A stretch of 39,293 bases of DNA from Thermoplasmatota archaeon (GTDB taxonomy: Archaea > Thermoplasmatota > Thermoplasmata > Halarchaeoplasmatales > Halarchaeoplasmataceae), in assembly GCA_018334835.1 (NCBI GenBank), contig JAGXLF010000007.1, positions 1-39,293 of the forward strand, read 5' to 3'. Position numbers and translations under genes: made by a program. Positions 9,068 to 17,700 of the stretch are shown piece by piece (positions within the stretch are counted from its first letter, which is position 1; each line of letters starts with the position of its first letter). The notes below the pieces were generated by a model. The model did no database searches, was not told the origin of the DNA, and was given only the letters and a program-made list of their open reading frames with translations.

Positions 9068-9470
9068 AGCTCAAGATGAAGATGTAGAAAAGATTAAGAA
9101 AGAAATGGTGGATAAGATGATGGACGAAAAAGAATCGAAGGAGTATCCTGCTGAACCCGTAGAAGTGACTGATAATAACTTTGAAGAGACTATAGAGGAA
9201 TATCCTCTTGTCTTAGTCGATTTCTGGGCAGCTTGGTGTGGACCCTGTAAGATGATGGAACCAGTGATGGAAGAACTCGCTGAGGAGCATCAAGGTGATG
9301 TCGTGATAGGAAAGATGAATGTTGATGAGAATCAAAATATTCCCAGTAGATTTCAGGTCTCCAGCATACCTACACTGGTGCTCTTCAAAAAAGGCGAAGT
9401 CGTAGATAGGATGATAGGTGCACGGGGTAAGGAGCAGTTGAGTCAGAAACTAGAGAACCATCTGAACTGA
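9060..9470 (+). CDS. trxA: Thioredoxin
   Basis: VDFWAAWCGPCK active site, SIPTL cis-Pro loop. ATG 9060 follows GAGGTGA and overlaps the arsR 3' end. Confidence 0.93.
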   Translation: MSEAQDEDVEKIKKEMVDKMMDEKESKEYPAEPVEVTDNNFEETIEEYPLVLVDFWAAWCGPCKMMEPVMEELAEEHQGDVVIGKMNVDENQNIPSRFQVSSIPTLVLFKKGEVVDRMIGARGKEQLSQKLENHLN

Positions 9471-9612
9471 GAGATTAATTTTCTGATCGTATAAAATCTA
9501 GAAAATCGTTTTCTTCTATATTTTCCATTATTTTTCTTCATTAAAATAGCCCGAAAAAAGCAGAGTCTTTCCGAAAATTTAATAGTAATCTATCGATTTG
9601 AACCTATCTATC

Positions 9613-12246
9613 ATGTCATTCACTGGAGATTACGATTTCAAAGAAGTCGAAAAAAAATGGATAAAGAGATGGGAAGAGATGGACCTTTACAGATTTGAGC
9701 CCGAGTCTGAAAAGCCCATCTTTTCTATAGATACTCCTCCTCCGACAGTATCAGGAGATATGCATATCGGGCACGCTTATTCATACACTCAGATGGATAT
9801 AATGGCTCGGTATAAGAGGATGCGGGGCTATAATCTCTTCTATCCATGGGGATGGGATGATAATGGCATAGCTACGGAATTATTCGTCATCAACGAAACA
9901 GGTGTAGACCCGAGAGAGGTCGGGAGGAAAAAGTTTAGAGATATCTGTATAGAGGAGAGCGAGAAATTGGAAGAAAATTTAGAGCGCAAGTGGAAACGGA
10001 TCGGCACCTCGGCGGATTTTGATCTTTTCTACCGGACGATAGACGAGAGGACTTTAAAGACCTCTCAGAAATCCTTTATAGATCTTTACGAGAGGGGTAG
10101 GGAATATAGAAAAGAGGCTCCCACTCTTTGGTGTCCTCACTGTGAAACCGCCATCTCTCAGGTCGAAACGGAAGATATGAAGAAGGAGGGCAGGTTCAAC
10201 AATATTTATTTTGCTCTAAAAGATGGCGGCGAATTGGTAATATCTACTACAAGACCCGAACTTTTGCCCGCTTGTGTTGCTGTCTTCGTCCATCCAGAAG
10301 ATGAGGAGCATAATCATCTTGCTGGAAGAAAAGCAGAAGTACCACTGTTTGGGCAGGAGGTCCCAATCTACGAAGACGAAGAGGTGGATATGGATACTGG
10401 AACCGGAGTTGTCATGTGCTGTACCTTCGGTGATCAAGCTGATATCGATTGGTGGTACGCCCATGATCTTCCTCTCAGGATCGCTATAGACGAGACCGGA
10501 TATATGACAGATGTTGCTGATGAGTACGAAGGTATGCATGTCGAGGAAGCGAAAGAGAAGATCATAGAGGATTTAGAGAAAGCTGGAAAGTTGAGCGAAC
10601 AGTGGGATATCACTCATGACGTAAAAGTTCATGAAAGATGCGATACTCCCATAGAATTCCTCGTCACAGAACAGTGGTTTATTGAATATTTAGATCTCCG
10701 AGATAAGTATTTGGAGGTTGGAGAAGAACTGGATTGGTATCCCGATCATATGAAGGTCAGATATGATAACTGGGTCAATTCTCTTAAGTGGGACTGGTGC
10801 ATCTCTAGACAGAGATATCATGGCATACCTTTCCCGGTTTGGTACTGCAGAGAGTGCGGAGAGGTAAAAGTCGCTAAAGAAGAAAATTTACCGGTAAATC
10901 CTCTTGTCGATGAGCCTAAAGGAGGGTGCGAGGCATGCGGATCTACAGATTTTGAACCGGAAGAAGATGTGTTGGATACCTGGGCAACTTCTTCTTTAAC
11001 CCCATATATAGCAACTAGATGGATCGAAGGCTCTGAGATTTTCGAAAAGGTTTTTCCCTTCGATCTGAGGCCTCAATCTCACGATATTATCAGTTTTTGG
11101 GCCTTCAATACGATCGTTAAAAGCCTCTTTCATTCCGACACTAGGCCATGGGATGAAATTATGATTCATGGCTATCTGATGCTTCCTGGTGGGAAAGCGT
11201 TCTCTTCGTCTAAAGGAATAATCATAGATCCAGAAGAAGTCGCTGATGAATATGGGGCGGACTCGATAAGGTATCTTGCGGGTATCAATAAACCAGGAGA
11301 GGACGGCGAGTACGAAAAGAAATGGTTGAAAAGGGGTCAAAGGATAAGGACTAAATTTTGGAACGCTCAGAAGTTGATCGCTAATTCACTTGAAGGAAAG
11401 CCGGAAGAGAGACCAGCCCTCAAATTGATGGACAAATGGCTCTTAACCAGATACAGTGAATTGGTAGAAAAGGCTACAGATTATATGGAAGATTACAGAT
11501 ACGACAAGGCTCTTCAAGAGACCGAATACTTCTTGTGGCATGTTCTTGCAGACCATTATCTAGAGATGGTTAAATACAGGATTTACGAACAAGACGACGA
11601 GGCAGCTGAATACGTGTTATATCATGTCGGTTTGGGCATTACTAAACTACTTGCCCCTTTCCTTTCATTCATAACTGAGGAGGTTTATGATCGAATATAT
11701 AAGGGATTCCAGGATGAAAAAAGTATTCACGTCGAATCTTGGCCGGAGTCGATTATCAAGGACAGAAAAGCTGCGGAGACAGGCGAGAGAGTAAAAGAAC
11801 TGATAGCTGAAATACGGAATTGGAAGTCCGATCAGGGAATACCTCTCAGTGACGAGATAGGTCCTATTAGATTAGTTACTGATAATGAAGATATGCTAGC
11901 GTGCGAGGCAGATATACTGAATACTTTGAATGCTTCCGAGATACAGATTTTAGATGAAGAAGAGATAAAAGAAGAGGCTGTGGAGATAAGACCTGATTAT
12001 TCTGAGATCGGTCCGAAATACAAAGATAAAGCTAAAGAGGTCTTCGATAGACTGGAAGAGACTGATCCAGAAAAAGTACGAGTTTCCTTCGAAGAAAATG
12101 GAAGTTTTGATTTTGAACTTTCAGATGGGTCGGAAGTAAGTTTGACCGAAGAAGAGGTCGAACTAGGTATATCTAAGGTTCATGAAGGCGAGACTTTAGA
12201 TTCGATCTCCCTCGAAGATATGGTGATATTGCTCGAGAAAGAATAG
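9613..12246 (+). CDS. valS: Valine--tRNA ligase (archaeal type)
   Basis: DTPPPTVSGDMHIGH, STTRPELLPAC, GTGVVMCCTFGD, WDWCISRQRYHG, DVLDTWATSS, LRPQSHDII. ATG 9613 lies ~30 nt after CCGAAAA-TTTAATA and is preferred over TTG 9598. Confidence 0.96.
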   Translation: MSFTGDYDFKEVEKKWIKRWEEMDLYRFEPESEKPIFSIDTPPPTVSGDMHIGHAYSYTQMDIMARYKRMRGYNLFYPWGWDDNGIATELFVINETGVDPREVGRKKFRDICIEESEKLEENLERKWKRIGTSADFDLFYRTIDERTLKTSQKSFIDLYERGREYRKEAPTLWCPHCETAISQVETEDMKKEGRFNNIYFALKDGGELVISTTRPELLPACVAVFVHPEDEEHNHLAGRKAEVPLFGQEVPIYEDEEVDMDTGTGVVMCCTFGDQADIDWWYAHDLPLRIAIDETGYMTDVADEYEGMHVEEAKEKIIEDLEKAGKLSEQWDITHDVKVHERCDTPIEFLVTEQWFIEYLDLRDKYLEVGEELDWYPDHMKVRYDNWVNSLKWDWCISRQRYHGIPFPVWYCRECGEVKVAKEENLPVNPLVDEPKGGCEACGSTDFEPEEDVLDTWATSSLTPYIATRWIEGSEIFEKVFPFDLRPQSHDIISFWAFNTIVKSLFHSDTRPWDEIMIHGYLMLPGGKAFSSSKGIIIDPEEVADEYGADSIRYLAGINKPGEDGEYEKKWLKRGQRIRTKFWNAQKLIANSLEGKPEERPALKLMDKWLLTRYSELVEKATDYMEDYRYDKALQETEYFLWHVLADHYLEMVKYRIYEQDDEAAEYVLYHVGLGITKLLAPFLSFITEEVYDRIYKGFQDEKSIHVESWPESIIKDRKAAETGERVKELIAEIRNWKSDQGIPLSDEIGPIRLVTDNEDMLACEADILNTLNASEIQILDEEEIKEEAVEIRPDYSEIGPKYKDKAKEVFDRLEETDPEKVRVSFEENGSFDFELSDGSEVSLTEEEVELGISKVHEGETLDSISLEDMVILLEKE

Positions 12247-12247
12247 C

Positions 12248-12427
12248 TCAGGAATAGTAATCTGTATAAGAAATATCTCTATCTTTCTTTTTTTCTATCT
12301 TACCTTCCTTTCTACACTGCGTACACACTCCCCTCTGAATGTGTTCATCACAGGTGATAGAACCACATATACTGCAAGATTGAGAAGCATTTTTCCCGCA
12401 GATGTGACAGCTACCCATCATCCTCAT
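12248..12427 (-). CDS. Small Cys-rich zinc-finger protein (59 aa, absent from the ORF track)
   Basis: Manual translation: MRMMGSCHICGKNASQSCSICGSITCDEHIQRGVCTQCRKEGKIEKKKDRDISYTDYYS. GAGGT SD upstream; stop lies 1 nt from the valS stop. Confidence 0.8.
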   Translation of the reverse strand: MRMMGSCHICGKNASQSCSICGSITCDEHIQRGVCTQCRKEGKIEKKKDRDISYTDYYS

Positions 12428-12563
12428 CTTCGCAACCTCTACTTTTATAGAAGGTGATTCGTGGATATTAAACTTTAGGTATTAAGCTATGTATTAAGTG
12501 GGTATGACCAAAAAACATATGATAGAGTAGTATTTACCTCACTTGCAGAAGGGATGATATAAG

Positions 12564-13805
12564 ATGATAAACTTCGAAGAAGAATTTTCGGAAAGGGCCT
12601 CTAAAATGAAAAGGTCCGAGATAAGAGAGTTGCTAAAACTGATACAAAAACCGGATATAATCTCGTTCGCCGGCGGATTACCGAACCCAAAAGCCTTCCC
12701 TGTAGAAGAAACAAGAAAGATCATAAATGATCTCCTCGATGAAAAAGGAGAGAAGGTCCTTCAATACGGATCTACTGAAGGTATCGGTCCCTTGAGAAAA
12801 GAACTCGCTAAGATGATGCAAGGAAGGGATATGGATGTTGATCAGGAAAATATATTGATAACTCACGGTTCTCAACAAGCTTTGGATCTCCTCAGTAAAG
12901 TTATGCTCGATCCTGATGATACTATAATCGTTGGATCTCCCACATATTTGGGAGCTACTGGAGCCTTTAGAGCCTTTGAGGCAAACATGGAGACGGTTCC
13001 GGTCCACAAGGACGGAATGGATATGGAAATGCTGCGAAGAAAGTTGGGGAAACTGAAAAATAAGGGCAAGCTTCCCAAATTCATATATGTGGTTTTGACT
13101 TTCCAGAACCCTTCTGGAGCGACCATGAGTGCAGAAAAAAGGGAGGAACTGCTCGAGATCGCTTCAGAATATGACCTGCTGGTAGTGGAAGATTCACCTT
13201 ACTCCCATCTAAGGTATGAGGGGGAAGAAAAACCACATCTCATCTCAATGGATGACGAAGACAGAGTATTAAGATTGGAAACTTTTTCAAAGATTCTCGC
13301 CCCTGGATTTAGGATAGCGTGGACCACTGGACCTACCGATCTGATAGAAAAAATGTGTATTGCAAAGCAGGCTACTGATCTTTGCACGAATCCGTTCGGA
13401 CAGTACGTCGCGTACAAATATATAGCTGAAGGGATAATGGATAATCATATAGAGGATATAAAGGAACTTTACAACAAAAAGAGGCTCACCATGTTGGAAG
13501 CGATGGAAGAACATTTTCCAGAGGGTGTCGAATGGAACAGACCAAATGGCGGGATGTTCATATGGGCGGAACTTCCTGAGCATATAAACACCAGAGAGCT
13601 CTTTGACAAGGCAGTTGATGAAAAGGTCGCCTATGTTGTAGGGGATGCGTTCTTTGTGGATGACGGCGGCTATAACACGATGAGAATCAACTTTACTCAC
13701 TCTTCTGAGGAGGAGATCAAAAGAGGGATAAAGGCCCTCGGTAAGGTCATCCAAGAAGAGATCGAGACCATGGATGTTGAGGAAGAGAGTCCTATCTCTC
13801 CTTGA
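12564..13805 (+). CDS. PLP-dependent aminotransferase class I/II (LysN/2-aminoadipate transaminase-like)
   Basis: SEIRELLK, ISFAGGLP, TFQNPSG, EDSPY, TFSKILAPGFRIAW (PLP Lys), GGMFIW. Confidence 0.92.
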   Translation: MINFEEEFSERASKMKRSEIRELLKLIQKPDIISFAGGLPNPKAFPVEETRKIINDLLDEKGEKVLQYGSTEGIGPLRKELAKMMQGRDMDVDQENILITHGSQQALDLLSKVMLDPDDTIIVGSPTYLGATGAFRAFEANMETVPVHKDGMDMEMLRRKLGKLKNKGKLPKFIYVVLTFQNPSGATMSAEKREELLEIASEYDLLVVEDSPYSHLRYEGEEKPHLISMDDEDRVLRLETFSKILAPGFRIAWTTGPTDLIEKMCIAKQATDLCTNPFGQYVAYKYIAEGIMDNHIEDIKELYNKKRLTMLEAMEEHFPEGVEWNRPNGGMFIWAELPEHINTRELFDKAVDEKVAYVVGDAFFVDDGGYNTMRINFTHSSEEEIKRGIKALGKVIQEEIETMDVEEESPISP

Positions 13806-14646
13806 TCAGTGGATGTATCCTTAACAACCTTTTTGAAACCTCTTTCTCTTCTGCTATATCTCTTATGTCTTCTGCTTTTATATGACCATTTTCTGTCACG
13901 AATTCAGCTCTTTTCAACTGTGTTTGCTCGAAATAATCATTTCTCACTATGATATCGTCCTGGTTATCCCACACCTCCTCTGTAGGATGAGTTTCTCCTT
14001 TAGGAGGTGGAATCTCTGATGGCAGGATTTTGGAACTATCTGCGGCTACGTAAAATTCTTTTTCCAAAGACTCGGAAATGATAGCAAGTGGTCGAGTACC
14101 TATCTTGTTTAGGAATCCTTTTTTTGATATGGTATCTGCTCCCACTACCGCGCAATCTACCCTCTCCAATGCTTTGCACATCCCCGCATCTATCCAATAT
14201 TCCACTTCGATCTCCTCATCACTTAATTTCTTTGCTGTGATTTTCCCCTCTTTCTTCGGTCTAGATTCTAGCACTGTTACTTTCTCAACTGTAGATAGGG
14301 TTTGGATTACTGTGGAACTATAGCTCAGAGTCAGTATTTCTGCATGATCTTTGCTCTTGATCAACTTCCTCATCTCTACCGAAGCCTCCTGACTTCTCGA
14401 GAGTAAATCCTTCTCTACATCCTCAAGGATCGAATCAATTTCCTCCCCCTGTTCTAGTGAAAGAAAGATCTGATTTGCTAAGTTGACTAGAGGTGTCATC
14501 GAATATCTCTTCTTGACAAGCGTTTTCAGATAACTTTCGATTTCATCTTTTTCCAATTTCCGGAGACTTTCTAAAGCGTCCCTAAGGAGCTTAGCAGCAC
14601 CTTTTCTGTCATCCTTTACTATCTCTTCGGCGCTCCTAAAAGCCAT
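13792..14646 (-). CDS. eIF-2B alpha/beta/delta-like protein
   Basis: TLSYSSTV, ESRPKKEG, VVGAD, NKIGT, NDYFE, FVTENG. Lacks the THC catalytic Cys of the sugar-phosphate isomerase members. Confidence 0.82.
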   Translation of the reverse strand: MAFRSAEEIVKDDRKGAAKLLRDALESLRKLEKDEIESYLKTLVKKRYSMTPLVNLANQIFLSLEQGEEIDSILEDVEKDLLSRSQEASVEMRKLIKSKDHAEILTLSYSSTVIQTLSTVEKVTVLESRPKKEGKITAKKLSDEEIEVEYWIDAGMCKALERVDCAVVGADTISKKGFLNKIGTRPLAIISESLEKEFYVAADSSKILPSEIPPPKGETHPTEEVWDNQDDIIVRNDYFEQTQLKRAEFVTENGHIKAEDIRDIAEEKEVSKRLLRIHPLIKER

Positions 14647-14779
14647 GTTACATGATAAGAAACATAATTATGAAAGTTTGCCCTATATTTCTTTCATCGA
14701 TACTCTTATTTAACCCATATCTCATAGTGATTGAGTAACCAATAAGCGGTATGATCACTCTAAAATTGGAGGTATAATC

Positions 14780-17700
14780 ACGTCGGAATTAGCTCACTCA
14801 GAAAAGATTGCAGATTATTTCAGATCCCTGGAAGAAGAAGCCGAGAACTGTTACGAGATAGCTGAGAAAGCACGATCTTTAGGATATGACCCTAACAGAG
14901 AAGTTGAAATCCCGAGAGCGGAAGATCTCGCTCTTAGAGCTCAAAAGTTGACTGGAGTAGAAAATACTGCGGAAAAGATAAGGGAATTGAGCGAAAAGTA
15001 CGATAGAGAGGAAGTTTCAATCAGGATAGCTAAAGAGGTCGCATCGAGAGATGAAGGTAGCGTTGCCGGAAGGTTAGAGGATGCGGTGAGGATCGGATTA
15101 GCCGTATTGACTGAAGGCATACTCGTAGCACCACTAGAAGGGATCGGTGGTGTAGATATAAGAGAAAATAATGACGGTAGCAATTACGTTGAGCTTTCTT
15201 TCGCTGGTCCTATACGTTCTGCAGGTGGTACGGGACAAGCGATGAGTGTTCTGATAGCGGATGTTGTGAGAAGAGAGTTAGGCTTCGGCAGGTTCAAACC
15301 CACTCCATCTGAGATCCAGCGTTTTAAAGAGGAGATACCTCTCTACAAAAAATCTCTAGGTCTGCAGTATACACCTACGGCAGAAGAGATCTCGTTGATA
15401 GTTGACGGTTGTCCTGTCAGTATAAGTGGTGAGGGGACAGGACAGGAAGAGGTTTCCGGAAACAGAGATCTACCAAGAGTCGAAACGAACCAGGTGAGAG
15501 GCGGCGCTTGTCTTGTGATAGCTGAAGGTATGTGTTTAAAGGCTAAAAAACTGAAAAAACATGTAGAAAAATTGGCCATCGAGGGATGGGATTTCTTAGA
15601 TGAATACATAGACGAATATGCGTCAGGTAAAAAAGACGAATCCGGAGATGAAGAGGGTAGTAAGAAAGGGGTCGCCCCTAGGACGAAATACATCCAAGAG
15701 ACCATCGCTGGCCGCCCAGTTTTTGGACATCCGAGTGAGAAGGGCGGTTTTAGACTCAGATACGGTAGAACCCGCACCGAGGGGTTAGCATCTATTGCCG
15801 TCAATCCCGCGACCATGTATGTAACCGATGAATTCATGGCATTAGGAACCCAGGTAAAGACAGAGCGGCCCGGGAAAGCCGGAGCGATAACACCTTGTGA
15901 CTCGATAGAAGGTCCTACAGTTTTGTTTAAGGACGGGAGTGTAAAAAGAATCGATTCTCCTGAGGAAGGTAAAGAACGGCAGAAGGAAGTAGAAGAGGTG
16001 ATCGATTTAGGGGAAGTGTTGATTCCCTTCGGCGAGTTCGTCGAGAATAACCATCCTTTAGTTCCGGGCTCATACTGTCACGAATGGTGGATCCAGGAGG
16101 TCGAGGAAGACTTTGAAGAGAAAGATATCACTTCGAAAAGGGCAGTAGAGCTATCGAGGGAAAAGGATTATCCTCTTCATCCAAAGTTCACCTACTTTTG
16201 GGATTACGTTAGCATCGATGATATAAAACAATTAAGAGATTGGGTATCCAATAAAGGAGAAGTGGATGAAGAAGCATTGATACTTCCGGATGAATCTTAT
16301 ATGAAAGGTATATTGGAATCTATCGGTATCCCTCACGAGGTTGAAGATCATATTATCATATCAGTATTTGAACCATTCCTCTTTTCTTTAGGTTTGAATG
16401 AAGAGAATCTTACCAAAATTGAGGAATCTGAAAGTGACAAACCTTTAGAATATATAAGTGAGCTTGCTGGAGTAACGGTTAGGAGCAAAGGACCGACCAA
16501 CATCGGCTCTAGGATGGCGAGACCCGAGAAAGCTAAAGAAAGGAAGATGAGTCCTCCTGTCCATGGTCTCTTTCCTTTAGGTGAAGCTGGAGGTTCAGAA
16601 AGGCTCATAAAAAAAGCTGTCGAAAAAAACGTGATAGAGGTGGATATAAGCGCTAGAAGATGTCAAAAGTGTGGAAAGGGCAGTGCTCAGATAAGATGTT
16701 CCTGTGGTGGTAGATGTGAGATCGTTGATGAGCCGAAAGAACAGAAGATCCCTATGAAGAGCATATACAGGCAGGCCCTCAACACTCTAGGAGAGGGTGG
16801 AAATATTAAGAAGATAAAAGGAGTAAAGGGGCTTATCACCGAGACCAAAACCCCAGAGGCTCTCGAAAAACCAATTTTGAGAGCAAAACACGATATCTAC
16901 GTGTTCAAAGACGGCACTTCTCGATACGATATGACCGATCTTCCTCTCACCCATTTCAAACCGGAAGAAGTCGGGTTGACTGTAGACCAGGCTAAAGATC
17001 TCGGTTATGAAGAGGATATTGAAGGTAGAGAACTCGAAGAAGAAGATCAGATGCTCGAATTGAAACCTCAAGATATGGTGATTTCTAAAGAAGCCGGAGA
17101 GTATATGGTGAAAGTAGCAAATTTTGTAGACGATCTGTTAGAAAAATATTATGATCTAGCTAACTATTACAATGCCGAAGATAGAACCGATCTGATCGGT
17201 GAACTAGTTGTTGGTCTAGCTCCACATACGTCTGGAGGAGTTCTTGGAAGGATAATCGGATTTCATAACGGGAGAGCCGGGTACGCACATCCACATTTCC
17301 ATGCAGCAAAACGCAGGAATTGCCTCCCTGGTGATATGGAGGTGAAAATGGTTGACGGCTCAACTCTAGAACTCGAAGAACTTTATAATACGGCCGATCA
17401 CGAAGAAGAAATGGATTGTATGGGCACTACAGGAAAGGAAATAGATAGAGATGTGTTGACCGCAGTTGAAGAAAAGATAAATTCTTCGAAAGCTTCTAAA
17501 GTGATAAGAACCCCTGCACCAGAGTTTAAAATAGAGTTCAAAACTCAGGCCGGTAGAAAACTAGAGGTGTTTCCTGACCACAGGATGAAGACCGCCGACG
17601 GAGTAAAGAAAGCTAGAGAACTGGAGAAAGGGGATCAACTTTTAACACCCTTAGAGATCGATGTAAGAACAAAGGACAGAGACCATATAAGACTAGATGA

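Noticed and set aside
3496-9470. Selenocysteine or stop-codon readthrough in the redox cluster
   Set aside because: All redox motifs use Cys codons and the TGA stops fall at expected domain ends.
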